The notes: generated by a model not told the origin, from the letters alone. DNA of 64,000 nucleotides from an uncultured Gemmatimonadales bacterium (GCA_963793305.1 CAWBZV010000011.1:64001-128000), one strand, 5' to 3'. Positions 48,249-58,983 are shown, numbered from the stretch's first letter. A program made the numbers and translations.

Positions 48249-49255
48249 CGAACGGCCAGGCGTATGCCTGTGCCGTTGTGGGCGCCGGGGCATGGGGGAC
48301 GGCGCTGGCCGATCTGCTCGCCCGGAACGGCCACTGCGTGCACCTCTGGGCGCGAGAGCCTGACGTTGTCGCCTCGATCGCCGGGTCCCACGAGAATCAG
48401 CGGTTCTTGAAAGGCATGCGCTTGTCGGCCGCGATCGAGCCAACGGGCACGATCACGGATGCCGTGCGTGGCGCATCGCTCATCGTGTATGCGCCACCCT
48501 CGGAGCACTTCCGCGAGGTGGTTCGCGCCTCCGCCCCGGCGGTGGAGTCTGGCGCAACGATCGCCGTGGCGAGCAAGGGACTCGAGCCGGAGACGCTCAA
48601 ACTGATGAGCGTCGTGGCGAGCGAGGAGCTGCCGGGCCGGCCGGTCGTGGCGCTGTCGGGCCCGAGCTTCGCGGCGGAGGTCGCGGCGCACCAGCCGACG
48701 GCCGTGGTCGCGGCAGGGCCGGATCCAGAGGCCACGGCGTTCGTTCAGCGGCTGCTCTCGTCGCGGGAGTTCCGCGTCTACACCGCGGACGACGCGCTGG
48801 GGGTCGAGCTCGGGGGAGCGCTCAAGAACGTCATGGCCGTGGCGACGGGGATCTGTGAGGGACTGGGCCTCGGATTCAATTCGCGGGCGGCGCTGATCAC
48901 GAGAGGGCTGGCCGAGATGGCGCGCCTCGGGGTCGCGCTGGGCGCGCAGCCGGCGACGTTTGCAGGGTTGGCGGGCATGGGGGACCTCGTCCTGACGTGC
49001 ACGGGGGCGCTCAGTCGGAACCGCGCGCTGGGCCTGGCGGTGGGCAAGGGCGCCACGCTGGCCGAGGCGATGGTCGGGAAGGAGACCGTGGCCGAGGGGG
49101 TGACGACGGCGCGGAGCGCACTCAAATTGGCTGAGCGGGTCGGCGTCGACATGCCGATCGTGGCCGGCGTGCATAAGATTCTGTTCGAGGGCAAGCCCGC
49201 GCGCGAGTCGATCGCGGAACTCATGGAGCGCGAGTTGCGCGCCGAGTCTGATTGA
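48245..49255 (+). CDS. gpsA: NAD(P)H-dependent glycerol-3-phosphate dehydrogenase
   Basis: GAGAWGTALA, SKGLE, LSGPSFA, GGALKNV, GMGDLVLTC, SRNR. Confidence 0.96.
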   Translation: MTNGQAYACAVVGAGAWGTALADLLARNGHCVHLWAREPDVVASIAGSHENQRFLKGMRLSAAIEPTGTITDAVRGASLIVYAPPSEHFREVVRASAPAVESGATIAVASKGLEPETLKLMSVVASEELPGRPVVALSGPSFAAEVAAHQPTAVVAAGPDPEATAFVQRLLSSREFRVYTADDALGVELGGALKNVMAVATGICEGLGLGFNSRAALITRGLAEMARLGVALGAQPATFAGLAGMGDLVLTCTGALSRNRALGLAVGKGATLAEAMVGKETVAEGVTTARSALKLAERVGVDMPIVAGVHKILFEGKPARESIAELMERELRAESD

Positions 49256-49617
49256 TGGCCACTGAGCCGGTACGGCAATTCTATTCGATCGGGGATGTGT
49301 GCGCGCTGACGGACTTGAAGCCGCACGTCCTCCGGTATTGGGAAAGCCAATTTCGCTTCCTGAGCCCGGCGAAGAATCGCTCCGGCAATCGCGTCTATCA
49401 GCGGCGCGAGGTCGAGCTGATCTTGCTCGTCAAGCATCTCCTGTACACGGAGAAGTACACCATCGACGGCGCGCGCCGCAAAGTCGACGAGCACCGGCGT
49501 GCCGGCAGCGGCACGCTGCGGGCCGCCGCCCGGTCCGCGCTCGATCGCGAAACCCTGCGCGGGCTGGAACAGGATCTCGAGGGGATCGTCGGGCTGTTGT
49601 CGGACGAAGGCCGATGA
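49255..49617 (+). CDS. MerR-family transcriptional regulator
   Basis: YSIGDVC...PHVLRYWESQF, GNRVY, LLYTEKYTIDGAR. Confidence 0.9.
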   Translation: MATEPVRQFYSIGDVCALTDLKPHVLRYWESQFRFLSPAKNRSGNRVYQRREVELILLVKHLLYTEKYTIDGARRKVDEHRRAGSGTLRAAARSALDRETLRGLEQDLEGIVGLLSDEGR

Positions 49618-50325
49618 CGATCAGCGGCCAATTCGTGCCGCTGCGCGCCGCCTGCGTTGTCCCGGCGTACAATGCCGCCGAGACGCTGGAGCAGGTGATC
49701 GATGGCGTACGGCAGACCGTGCCGCGTGTGCGCGTCGTCGTGATCGATGACGGCTCGACGGATGAGACGCGGGAGGTCGCTGATCGCGTCGCCGATGACG
49801 TTCGTGGGGTTCGATCAGAATCGCGGGAAAGGCGCGGCACTCCGGGCGGGATTCGAGGCAGCGCTGGCCGAGCGGTGCAGCACGGTGATGACCATCGACG
49901 CGGACGGCCAGCACGATCCCGCATTCGCCCCAGCGCTCTTCTCGGCGCTCACGCGCGTCGATGTCGTGATCGGCGTCCGGAAGCGCAACGGGTCGGGCAT
50001 GCCGCTCTACCGTCGGTTGAGCAACGCGCTGTCGAGCGCCGCGGTCAGCGCGTGCACTGGGCGGCGGTTTACCGACAGTCAGTCGGGGTTCCGTGCCGTG
50101 CGGGCCGAGGTACTCCGGCGCATCGATCCGGCCGGAGACCGGTACGAATATGAGACCGACTTTCTGATCCAGGCCGCGCGTGGTGGGTGGAGAATAGGGA
50201 CGGTGCCCGTCTCGACGTTGTACGGGGAATGGGCCCGCAGTCATTTTCGCACGCTCGGCGACTCCGCCCGCGTGGTGTGGACGATCTGCCGGCGGCTGGG
50301 TGAGACTCCTCTGCACGAACGATGA
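49614..50325 (+). CDS. family 2 glycosyltransferase; frameshift at ~49801
   Basis: VVPAYNA, IDDGSTD, NRGKGAAL, DADGQHDP, DSQSGFR. Confidence 0.9.
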
Positions 50326-51052
50326 CGGGATTCTGGCACTGGGCCTCGATTGCCTGGTGCGCGCGGTCCAATCGCTCGGGGAGGTGACGGTCGTTGCTCC
50401 GGATCGGGAGCAGAGTGCGACGAGCCACTCCCTGACGATGCATCACCCACTGCGGGTCAAGCCGCGCGGCGAACGTCGGTTTCAGGTCGACGGGACTCCG
50501 ACGGATTGCGTCATGCTCGCGGTCGAGGCCCTGATGCCCTCACGGCCGGATTTCGTGCTGAGCGGCATCAATCATGGGCAGAATATGGGTGAAGACGTCC
50601 TGTATTCGGGGACCGTCGCCGCGGCGATGGAAGGGCTCGCACTCGGGGTCCCATCCATCGCGCTGTCGTTCGCTGGCGGGGATCATGGAAGCGTTGACCC
50701 CTCAATGCTGCCGGCCCAGATCCCGGCCGTTTCGCATCTCCTTGGCCACATTTTGTCGCTGCGCCTACCGAGCGACACGCTACTCAACATCAATTTGCCG
50801 CCCCAGGCACCAAAGGGAGTTCGGCTCACCAGACTCGGACGGCGTGTTTTCTCGGATCCGTTGCGGCGCATGCAGGACCCGTGGGGGAAAGAGGTCTATT
50901 GGATCGGCGGCGGAGTCATGGCATGGACTGGCGGACCCGATTCGGATTACCAGGCCATCGAAGATGGATATGTGAGCGTGACGCCACTGCATCTCGATCT
51001 CACGCACTATGACATGCTCGCCTCGGCCGCCGACTGGTGGCGGGACCCGTGA
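50300..51052 (+). CDS. surE: 5'/3'-nucleotidase SurE
   Basis: TNDDG, VAPDREQS, GTPTDC, SGINHGQN, YSGTV, SVTPL. Confidence 0.96.
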   Translation: MRLLCTNDDGILALGLDCLVRAVQSLGEVTVVAPDREQSATSHSLTMHHPLRVKPRGERRFQVDGTPTDCVMLAVEALMPSRPDFVLSGINHGQNMGEDVLYSGTVAAAMEGLALGVPSIALSFAGGDHGSVDPSMLPAQIPAVSHLLGHILSLRLPSDTLLNINLPPQAPKGVRLTRLGRRVFSDPLRRMQDPWGKEVYWIGGGVMAWTGGPDSDYQAIEDGYVSVTPLHLDLTHYDMLASAADWWRDP

Positions 51053-51690
51053 CGGATCTCGGCGGGCCAAGGCGACGGATGGTCGAGGCGCTTCGCGAGA
51101 AGGGCGTGACGGACCTGGCGGTGTTGCGGGCATTTGATCTCACGCCGAGGCACCTGTTCGTCCCGAGCGGGGTGCAGCATCGGGCGTATGAAGATTCGGC
51201 GCTGCCGATCGGCAACTCGCAGACGGTGTCGCAGCCGTCGGTCCACGCCAGATACCTGAGCGAGCTGAAGCTGACGGGGCACGAACGAGTCCTGGAGGTC
51301 GGGACGGGGTCGGGCTATCAGACGGTGCTGCTCTCGCACCTGGCGGCCCAGGTGTTCTCCATCGAGCGGGTTCCGGCGCTGCTCGATCGGGCGAGAGAGG
51401 TCATCCGCCAGGTTGGCGCGCGAAATATCTCATTGCTCCTGGGCGACGGGACCTTTGGGTGGCGCGAGTACGCGCCGTACGAAGCGATCCTGGTGAGCGC
51501 TGCTTCGCCCGAGGTACCGCGGCCGCTGTTCGAGCAACTGGCGGAGGGCGGACGGATTCTTGCGCCGGTCGGCGGGCGCGAGGAGCAGATGCTGATCGTC
51601 GGCACGCGGCGTGGCGACGAGCTGGTGCGCCGTGACATAGCGCCAGTCCGGTTCGTCCCGCTTCTAGGGAAATACGGGTGGCCCGCCTAG
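51037..51690 (+). CDS. pcm: protein-L-isoaspartate O-methyltransferase
   Basis: PRHLFV, AYEDSALPIG, VLEVGTGSGYQ, GDGTFGW, VRFVPL. Confidence 0.95.
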   Translation: MAGPVTDLGGPRRRMVEALREKGVTDLAVLRAFDLTPRHLFVPSGVQHRAYEDSALPIGNSQTVSQPSVHARYLSELKLTGHERVLEVGTGSGYQTVLLSHLAAQVFSIERVPALLDRAREVIRQVGARNISLLLGDGTFGWREYAPYEAILVSAASPEVPRPLFEQLAEGGRILAPVGGREEQMLIVGTRRGDELVRRDIAPVRFVPLLGKYGWPA

Positions 51691-51703
51691 AGGATGCTGT
51701 CTT

Positions 51704-52492
51704 ATGTCCGAGACAAAACAGCAAGAACCGCAAGGCCTTACGCGTCCTGGCCTCAAGCCGTTTGTGAGGCCGCTTCAAGCTGAATCGCCGGCGTTGCAGC
51801 CCATGGCACCCGCGTTTGGCCGGGTAACCCTCCCGCCTTTTGGGCCAATTCGCTACGGCGGACCTAAGCCGGGCGCCGCTGTCGTCACGCCGAGCCGAGA
51901 AGACGACGAAGCGCCGACCTGGGCGTCGATCGAGGAGTACGTACATACGGCTCCTACCACGCCCGAAGTCCCTGAGGTGGCGGCAGTGGAGGACGACACT
52001 GGTCTCTTCGATGAAGGGGAGCTGCCGCCCCAAGAGGAAATAGCAGCACCAGTTCCGCCATGGCTCGATGCAGCGCCGGCAGAGCCAGAGCCGGAGCCAG
52101 TGGCAGTGCGGGAGCCAGAGCCCGAACCGGAGCCGGAACCGGAGCTATTGGCACGCCGCCCGGCGTTGCCATTGACGGGACCTTACGATCCGACGCCGAT
52201 CATGAATCCCACGATTGAGCGCACGACGGAGCGGACGACCGAGCGGACGACCGAGCCGCACCGCATGACGCCGATGCGCGTGACGCCGCTTCGTGCGGTG
52301 GCGATTGCGCCGACGGCGGTGCCTGCCGAGCCGAATGCCCGCGCCGTGGCCGCGGCACTGGAGATGATCGCGGCGCGCGTGCGACGGGGTGAGCTCGTCG
52401 TGTCCGGCTCGATGCCGGCGAACGACGACCCGCCGGCCCTTGCGGCCGTACTCGCGGCGACGCTGGCTGCCCTCCTCGGGGTCCGTACCTAA
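51704..52492 (+). CDS. hypothetical Pro/Glu-rich protein
   Basis: Fills the gap between pcm and acyP. Contains (EP)n and (ERTT)3 repeats and a C-terminal amphipathic segment. Confidence 0.6.
   Translation: MSETKQQEPQGLTRPGLKPFVRPLQAESPALQPMAPAFGRVTLPPFGPIRYGGPKPGAAVVTPSREDDEAPTWASIEEYVHTAPTTPEVPEVAAVEDDTGLFDEGELPPQEEIAAPVPPWLDAAPAEPEPEPVAVREPEPEPEPEPELLARRPALPLTGPYDPTPIMNPTIERTTERTTERTTEPHRMTPMRVTPLRAVAIAPTAVPAEPNARAVAAALEMIAARVRRGELVVSGSMPANDDPPALAAVLAATLAALLGVRT
52217..52256 (+). repeat. 12-bp coding tandem repeat, 3 copies
   Basis: GAGCGCACGACG GAGCGGACGACC GAGCGGACGACC GAGC (encodes ERTT three times). Confidence 0.8.
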
Positions 52493-52508
52493 CAACTACA
52501 TTCCGTAG

Positions 52509-52799
52509 GTGCCGGTTCAGCACCTACGGATTACCGGACGAGTCCAGGGCGTTGGGTTTCGGTGGTTCGTGCGCGAGCGCGCCGACGCGTTGGGGCTGGC
52601 CGGCTGGGTGAAGAACCGCTCGGACGGGAGCGTCGAGCTCCTGGTCTCGGGCGACGCCGCGGCGTCGGAGCAGTTTCTGGCCGCGGTGCGACGAGGCCCG
52701 CCACATGCCCGTGTCGAAGCAATCGAACCGATAGTTACCCCGCCGGCTAAGTCCCACGCCGAGCATCTTCCTCGACCTTTCGCCGTGGTACGCGAGTGA
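52509..52799 (+). CDS. acyP: acylphosphatase
   Basis: [27 protein letters not shown]. Confidence 0.95.
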   Translation: MPVQHLRITGRVQGVGFRWFVRERADALGLAGWVKNRSDGSVELLVSGDAAASEQFLAAVRRGPPHARVEAIEPIVTPPAKSHAEHLPRPFAVVRE

Positions 52800-53323
52800 C
52801 CGCCATCGAGACCGACCTCCGCTCCTACGTGCGCGACATCCCGGACTTTCCCACGCCGGGCATTGGGTTCAAAGACGTCACGCCGCTGTTGGCGGACGCT
52901 CACGCCTTTCGTCGAGCGACCGACGCGATGGCCGCAGCGTTCGTCGACGAGCGCGTCACGCACGTCGTGTCGATCGAGGCCCGCGGCTTCATCTTCGGTG
53001 CGCCCGTGGCCCAGTCATTGGGCGCCGGGTTCATCCCGGTGCGCAAGAAGGGCAAGCTCCCGTCCGAGACCGAGCAGATCGAGTATGCGCTCGAGTACGG
53101 CAGCGGGATCCTCGAGATCCATCGCGACGCCTACGAGCCGCCGGCGCGGGTGCTCGTCGTCGATGACGTTCTCGCGACGGGCGGGACCGCCAGCGCGACC
53201 GCGCAGCTCATCGAGCGGCTCGGTGGCGAGGTCGTGGGCTTGAGCTTTCTCATCGCGCTGTCGTTCCTGAACGGACGCAAGGCGCTGGGGTCGTACAAGA
53301 CGAGTGCCCTTATCACCTACTGA
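52796..53323 (+). CDS. apt: adenine phosphoribosyltransferase
   Basis: [38 protein letters not shown]. Confidence 0.96.
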   Translation: MTAIETDLRSYVRDIPDFPTPGIGFKDVTPLLADAHAFRRATDAMAAAFVDERVTHVVSIEARGFIFGAPVAQSLGAGFIPVRKKGKLPSETEQIEYALEYGSGILEIHRDAYEPPARVLVVDDVLATGGTASATAQLIERLGGEVVGLSFLIALSFLNGRKALGSYKTSALITY

Positions 53324-54251
53324 GACGCACAGCTCGGTCTTCGCCGATCTCGACGCCGAGCTGTCGCGCGTCGTGATCGGGCAGCCGGCGCTGACTCGGG
53401 GGCTCATCATCGGGCTCCTGGCCGACGGGCACGTGTTGCTCGAAGGCGTACCGGGACTGGCGAAGACTCTGGCGGCGCGGACGCTGGCGGCGGCCATTGA
53501 TTGCCGGTTCCGGAGGGTGCAGTTCACGCCGGATCTCTTGCCGGCTGACGTCATCGGTACGATGGTCTACCATCAGCGCACCGGCGAGTTCACCGTGCAG
53601 CGCGGGCCGGTCTTCTCGCAGCTGCTGTTGGCCGATGAGATCAACCGGGCGCCGGCGAAAGTGCAAAGCGCGCTGCTCGAAGCCATGCAGGAGAAGCAGG
53701 TCACGATCGGGGGGCAGACGTTTCCGCTCGAGGAGCCGTTTCTGGTGCTCGCCACCCAGAATCCTATCGAGCACGAGGGGACCTATCCGTTGCCCGAGGC
53801 GCAGGTCGACCGGTTCCTGCTCAAGCTCCTGGTCCATTACCCGGCGCGGCAAGACGAAGCCGAGATCCTCGATCGGCTGACCTCGGGTTCCGTTCCGAGT
53901 GTGCGCCCGGTGATCGATGCGGCCGGTGTCCTCCGGGCGCGGCAGGCTGTCGACGCCATCACACTCGATCCCAAGGCGCGGGACTACGCGCTCGATATCA
54001 TTCGCGCGACGCGCGAGAAGAATCCGTTAGTCGAGTATGGCGCGAGCCCGCGCGCCGCGATCGGGCTCGTGCGGGCGGCCAAGGCCAATGCGTTTCTCGA
54101 GGGCCGTGGGTGGGTGGCGCCGGAGGACATCAAGGCCGTCGCGCCCGATGTCCTCCGCCATCGCGTGATCCTGACGTACGAGGCCGACGCCGAGCGGGTG
54201 ACGGCGGACGACGTCATCACGCGCATTCTGGATACGCTGCGCGTGCCGTGA
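53304..54251 (+). CDS. MoxR-family AAA+ ATPase
   Basis: GHVLLEGVPGLAKT, RVQFTPDLLPAD, DEINRAPAKVQSALLEAMQE, GASPRA. Confidence 0.95.
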   Translation: MPLSPTETHSSVFADLDAELSRVVIGQPALTRGLIIGLLADGHVLLEGVPGLAKTLAARTLAAAIDCRFRRVQFTPDLLPADVIGTMVYHQRTGEFTVQRGPVFSQLLLADEINRAPAKVQSALLEAMQEKQVTIGGQTFPLEEPFLVLATQNPIEHEGTYPLPEAQVDRFLLKLLVHYPARQDEAEILDRLTSGSVPSVRPVIDAAGVLRARQAVDAITLDPKARDYALDIIRATREKNPLVEYGASPRAAIGLVRAAKANAFLEGRGWVAPEDIKAVAPDVLRHRVILTYEADAERVTADDVITRILDTLRVP

Positions 54252-55129
54252 GCGAGATCGTCGACGACGTCCGCCGGCTGGAGCTGGGCCTCCGGCGACT
54301 CGTCCGCGACGTGCTCGCTGGACAGTACGGGAGCGTCTTCAAGGGCCGCGGCGTCGAGTTCAACGACGTGCGCGAGTACCAGTTCGGCGATGACATCCGG
54401 ACGATCGATTGGACGGTCACCGCGCGGTCGACCACGACCTACGTGCGGCGCTACGTCGAGGAGCGGGAGCTGACCGTCGTGCTCCTCGTCGACCGCAGCG
54501 GCTCCGATGCCTTCGGCAGTCGGGTGCGGAGCAAGGCCCGACTGGCCACCGAAGTCTGCGCGGTCTTGGCACTCGCCGCGGCGCGCAACCACGACCGCAT
54601 CGGTCTCATGCTCTTCACCGATCGGGTCGAGCAGTACATGGCGCCGGCCAAGGGGCGACGCCAGGCGCGACGCGTGTTGCGCGAGCTGATCGCGTTCGAG
54701 CCGACGGGGCGGGGCACGGACCTTGGCGCGGCGCTGGCCTACGCCGACCGGGTGCTTCGGCGTCGCGCCGTTGTCTTCATCGTCTCCGACTTCGTGGCGC
54801 CGCGCGGCACGTACGCTCGCGCGCTCGACGCGGTGGCGGCGCGACATGACACGATCGCCGTGCAGCTCGTCGATCCGCGCGAGCGGGAGCTGCCCGACGT
54901 GGGGTTGCTCACCGTGCGCGATCCCGAGAGCGGGCAATGGCGCACGATCGACACCGGGAGCGCCACGGTCCGGTCCGAGTACGCCACGCGCGGCGCGCGG
55001 TTTGACGCCGAAGTTCGGCGGTCGCTCGAGCGGAGGGGCGTGGACTGCATCCGGCTCGAAACGGGACGCGGATATGTCGCGCCGCTCGTTGCGTTCTTTC
55101 GCCGGCGGGAGCGGCGGCAAACTCGATGA
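54248..55129 (+). CDS. DUF58 (vWA-like) protein
   Basis: SVFKGRGVEFNDVREYQFGDDIRTIDWTVTAR, EEREL, VSDF. Confidence 0.92.
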   Translation: MSEIVDDVRRLELGLRRLVRDVLAGQYGSVFKGRGVEFNDVREYQFGDDIRTIDWTVTARSTTTYVRRYVEERELTVVLLVDRSGSDAFGSRVRSKARLATEVCAVLALAAARNHDRIGLMLFTDRVEQYMAPAKGRRQARRVLRELIAFEPTGRGTDLGAALAYADRVLRRRAVVFIVSDFVAPRGTYARALDAVAARHDTIAVQLVDPRERELPDVGLLTVRDPESGQWRTIDTGSATVRSEYATRGARFDAEVRRSLERRGVDCIRLETGRGYVAPLVAFFRRRERRQTR

Positions 55130-55905
55130 GGCCGCCGCTCGACGCTCGGATCGCGAAGGCGCCGTTGACGGTTGGCGACCCGCTGGTGGTTGAGTTGCAC
55201 GGCATCCTGCCGGCGGGCGCGACGCTACTCGACGCCGTGCCCCGCGCGCGCGACACGTTGCCGGACGGCGTCCGGGTGCTCTCGGCCGACTCGCTGCAGC
55301 TACACAATGGCGTCGTCAGCGGCCAACTGCGGGTCGCGTTCTTTCGGCCGGACTCCCAGGTAGTCCCATCGTTCGCGATCGCCTATCGCTCGGCGACCGG
55401 GACCGACACGCTCGTGAGCCCGGCCGTGCCCGTGCTCGTGCACGCGGTGCTACCGACCGGCAATGCGACGTTGCACGATGTGCGCGATGTCGATGCCCCG
55501 TGGCCGCTCGCCAGTGTCGGTATGGTCCTCGGCTTGGTGCTCGTCACCTGGCTTGTGTTGCGCCGCCTCCGCCCTCGTCCGCACGTTGCGCCGCGGGCGC
55601 ACGCACCGGTAGCGCAGTCGCCGAGTCCCTACGACGTCGCGCTGGGGCAGCTTCGAGACATCGACGGGGCCGAGTTGCCGATCGAACAGCGGTACGCGAA
55701 GGCGGCCGATGTCGTACGCGGGTATATCGCGGCGACACGAGGCGTGCCCGCGCTCGAACGCACGACGTCAGAGATCCTGGCCGCGCTCGACACGAACGGA
55801 GCTTTAGAGTCATTCCTGCGGGAAGCCGATCTGGTGAAATTCGCGGGCGTGAGGCCGGAGGCGTACCGCGCCCGGGCACGCGAGGTGATCGATGCGCTTC
55901 GCTGA
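55126..55905 (+). CDS. MoxR-operon membrane protein (BatD-like)
   Basis: Single TM segment, ALERTTSE and ADLVKFA motifs, position within the operon. Confidence 0.65.
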   Translation: MRPPLDARIAKAPLTVGDPLVVELHGILPAGATLLDAVPRARDTLPDGVRVLSADSLQLHNGVVSGQLRVAFFRPDSQVVPSFAIAYRSATGTDTLVSPAVPVLVHAVLPTGNATLHDVRDVDAPWPLASVGMVLGLVLVTWLVLRRLRPRPHVAPRAHAPVAQSPSPYDVALGQLRDIDGAELPIEQRYAKAADVVRGYIAATRGVPALERTTSEILAALDTNGALESFLREADLVKFAGVRPEAYRARAREVIDALR

Positions 55906-56851
55906 TCCGTGGGCGCTGGTTCTGCTGCTGGTTGTCGCGGCCGACGCACTCCGTGATCGACATCCACGGCAGTGGGTCGCGCTGCCGATGGTCGAGACGC
56001 CGGTGACGCGACGCGCTCGCTGGGCGCGGCTTCCGGCCTGGCTGCGTACGGCCGCGCTCGCGCTCATCGTCGTGGCGCTCGCGCGACCGCGGGTGGAAGG
56101 GCAAGTGCGGGAGACCAAGATGCGCGGCCGAAACGTCATGCTCGCGCTCGACATTTCGAGCAGCATGAAGGCGCACGACTTGGGCGACGCCAGTCGCATC
56201 GAGCTCGCCAAGCGCGTGCTCGGCGAGTTCGTCTCCCGGCGGCCGGACGACTTCTTGGGGCTTGTGGTCTTCGCGGGCCGCGCGTTCACTCAAGCCCCGC
56301 TGACGACAGACGGCGCGGTCGTGATGGACCTTTTGCGCCGCGCTGACATCGGGCTCTTGCCCGACGGCACCGCCATCGGGACGGCGTTGGCGATGGCCGA
56401 GGTCCACCTGGAAGATCTGCCGCGCGGCAGTGGGGTGATCGTGTTGTTGACCGACGGCGGGAACAACACGGGTACGCCCGATCCGCTGACGGCCGCCGCC
56501 ATCGCCCGGGCGCTCGGCATTCGCGTGTATGCGGTCGGGGTGAGCTCGACCAACGTGTCGCGGAGCGAGGTCCCGGCGACCATGGGCGAGGCTCCGTCGT
56601 CGCTCACGACGTTCGAGGAGCGACTGCTGCAGCGGATCGCCACGACGAGCGGCGGTCGCTACTATCGCGCCACGGACAACGCGACGCTCCAGCGCGTCAT
56701 GGGGGAGATCGACCGGGCCGAGCGAACGGAGCTCACCCTGCGCGAGGTGCTCAGCTATCGCGAGCTCTTTTGGATCCCGCTTGGCGCCTCTCTCCTCTTA
56801 CTCGTCACAGCCACAACTCTGCGACTGACGGTATTCCGGGGCGTGCCATGA
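55892..56851 (+). CDS. vWA-domain protein (BatA-like)
   Basis: MRFADPW, LARP, MIDAS DISSSM, GTAIG, LLTDG.NN. Confidence 0.9.
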   Translation: MRFADPWALVLLLVVAADALRDRHPRQWVALPMVETPVTRRARWARLPAWLRTAALALIVVALARPRVEGQVRETKMRGRNVMLALDISSSMKAHDLGDASRIELAKRVLGEFVSRRPDDFLGLVVFAGRAFTQAPLTTDGAVVMDLLRRADIGLLPDGTAIGTALAMAEVHLEDLPRGSGVIVLLTDGGNNTGTPDPLTAAAIARALGIRVYAVGVSSTNVSRSEVPATMGEAPSSLTTFEERLLQRIATTSGGRYYRATDNATLQRVMGEIDRAERTELTLREVLSYRELFWIPLGASLLLLVTATTLRLTVFRGVP

Positions 56852-57770
56852 CATTCGCCATACCCGTGTTGCTGTGGCTGGCCATCCCGGTCGTGGCGCT
56901 GTCGGTGCTCGGCGTCAGAGTAGGCGAACGCCGCAGGCGTCGCGCTATTCAGGCGTTCGGCGACGCCAGCCTGATCGCGCCGTTGTCCGCATTGCCAAGT
57001 GATCGCCGCCGAGTGTTGGTCGCCGCGTGCGGAGTGGCTGGCATCGCACTGTCGCTGCTCGCGCTAGCGCGCCCTCGGGTCGGGACGGGAGAGCGGACTG
57101 TCGCAGGGAGCGGCGCCGAACGTCCTGTTCCTGCTGGATCTGTCGCGGTCGATGCGCTCGACCAATGTCCTGCCGTCGCGCTTGGATGCAGCGAAGGCAG
57201 CCGCTCGAGCAATCGCGGCGGCGTTGCCGAGTGATCGTGTGGGGCTGCTGGTGTTCGCGGGCGATGGGTTCTTGCAGTTGCCCGCAACGGTGGACCGGTC
57301 GACGTTCGAAGCGTTTCTCTCGGCCGCGTCCCCGTCAGATGTCCCGGATCCGGCGACGAACCTCGAGGCCGCGGCCGGCGTGGTTTCCAACGTGATCCGT
57401 GGCGACAGTACGTACACCGCGCTGGTCGTACTGTCAGAATGGCGAGGACAACGTGGGCAAGCTGGAAGGAGCGATCCGTACGCTTCAGTCGGCGCACGTG
57501 CGGACGTTCGCGGTTGGCGTAGGCACCCCGGAGGGCGCGGGCATCGACAGCGGCGCGACAACGCGGCTCATGGAAGACAACCTGCGCGATATCGCCCGCC
57601 GCACGGGTGGCGTGTACACTCGCTGGTCTGGACCATCGAGCGTGACGCCGGTCGTGACCGGTCTCGCGCAGATGCCTCCGCGCCCGATCGCGGGCTCGGC
57701 CCGAGTAGCGGGCATCGATCGCTTCCAGTGGCCGCTGGCGTTGGCCTTCGCCTTGTTGCTGATCCAATGA
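56848..57770 (+). CDS. vWA-domain protein (BatB-like); frameshifts at ~57120 and ~57438
   Basis: LARP. Removing one A restores DVLFLLDLSRSM, followed by PSRL and DRVGLLVFAG. Removing a second A restores LSDGED. Confidence 0.82.
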
Positions 57771-58525
57771 GACGCGCTCTCGCCGCACTGGCCGCCGTGG
57801 TCATCGTGTTCGCGTTCCGCGGCAGACTCGCGAACCTGCTCCAGCGGCAGCACGCCGCGCGCCTGTATCAGGCACGCTCATGGCACGAGGCCGAGCGGGC
57901 ATTTCAGGGCTTGATCCACGACGCGACCGTGAAGCGTCAAGCCGACGCCATGCCCCTACTCGACTACGACCTCGCGACAACCGACTACCGGCTCGGCCGA
58001 TTCGACGCGGCGGCACAAGCCTATCATATCGCTGTCGCCGGCGACCCCAGGTTGGCCGAGCGCGCCTACTACAATCTCGGCAACACGTACGTGTGGCAAG
58101 CGCGCTCCTCGATCGATCACATGACAAAGCGGTCGGCGCTGCGCGGCGCCGTATCGTCGTACGAGGAAGCCCTGCTGCTCGACCCGCACGATGCCGATGC
58201 CAAATGGAATCTGGAGGTTGCCTTGCGGCGCTTGGCCAATGCAACCGAGCCCCCATCGCAGCTGTCGCAGCATCGCAATGCGGCCGATTGGGGCGGGGGC
58301 AACCTGACGAAGTCGGGATACGCCGGCAACCCGCAGACCGCGGCGGGTGGGGTACCGGGCGGTGGCTTCGGTCAGCCGGGTGGTGGAGACGCCGTCCCAG
58401 AAATCGATGAGAATCACGCGCGTGCGCTGCTCAACGCCGTCGAACGGGCGCAAGTGAGCGGACAAGAACTGAACGGCCCATTGACGCGCCGTCCCACGCG
58501 TCCGACGCACGAGCCCGACTACTAG
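57767..58525 (+). CDS. TPR protein (BatC-like)
   Basis: AYYNLGNTY, YEEALLLDP.DADAKWNLE, ARALLNAV. Confidence 0.8.
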   Translation: MRRALAALAAVVIVFAFRGRLANLLQRQHAARLYQARSWHEAERAFQGLIHDATVKRQADAMPLLDYDLATTDYRLGRFDAAAQAYHIAVAGDPRLAERAYYNLGNTYVWQARSSIDHMTKRSALRGAVSSYEEALLLDPHDADAKWNLEVALRRLANATEPPSQLSQHRNAADWGGGNLTKSGYAGNPQTAAGGVPGGGFGQPGGGDAVPEIDENHARALLNAVERAQVSGQELNGPLTRRPTRPTHEPDY

Positions 58526-58553
58526 CAGGAGTGCAAAAAACGCACCCTGCTAG
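58522..58553. terminator. hairpin at the end of the MoxR operon
   Basis: CTAGCAGG-A-GTGC-AAAAAAC-GCAC-CCTGCTAG. No clear U-tract. Confidence 0.45.
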
Positions 58554-58629
58554 TAGCAGTCGGTTGGACTGAGCTCCGCTGCGCTGCGCTCATGGGAACC
58601 CTTCGCTCGGCGGATGGGTCTAATTAGAT

Positions 58630-58983
58630 GTGAAACGCCTCGCGGTCCTCCTCGCTTTGACTGTAGCCGCTTGCACGAGCCCGACCGAGCCGACGCACTC
58701 GGTGACGGGCATGTGGAAGGGCGTGGTCGGCCCGCACGCGCTGACGATCTCGCTGGTGATGCACCCCGACCGCTCGGTGACCGGCGTGGGCATCGATACG
58801 ACGACGTCGAGCGTCGCTCGATTCCCCGTGCGCGGCACGGTGTCCGGATCGACCGTCGTGCTGCTCTTCACACCCGAGTCGGTCGACTCCGGATTCAGCG
58901 GCCGATTCACGGACGTGTCGCGCCTCGAGGGGTCGCTCGACTTCCCTGGATACTCGACGACCGTCGCGTTGCATCGGCAGTAG
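58630..58983 (+). CDS. hypothetical lipoprotein
   Basis: MKRLAVLLALTVAAC lipobox and a VTGMWKG beta-rich domain. Confidence 0.7.
   Translation: MKRLAVLLALTVAACTSPTEPTHSVTGMWKGVVGPHALTISLVMHPDRSVTGVGIDTTTSSVARFPVRGTVSGSTVVLLFTPESVDSGFSGRFTDVSRLEGSLDFPGYSTTVALHRQ

Noticed and set aside
17973..57770. Frameshifted lysS, clpC, bamA, lpxD, lpxB, uvrC and plsY as pseudogenes
   Set aside because: These are mostly essential genes with intact motifs on both sides of single-base breaks that share an error signature. Assembly error is more parsimonious.
58560..58620. REP-like sequence (CTCCGCTGCGCTGCGCTC...CCCTTCGCTC)
   Set aside because: It is degenerate, with no second copy or associated transposase in the window, so it cannot be supported.
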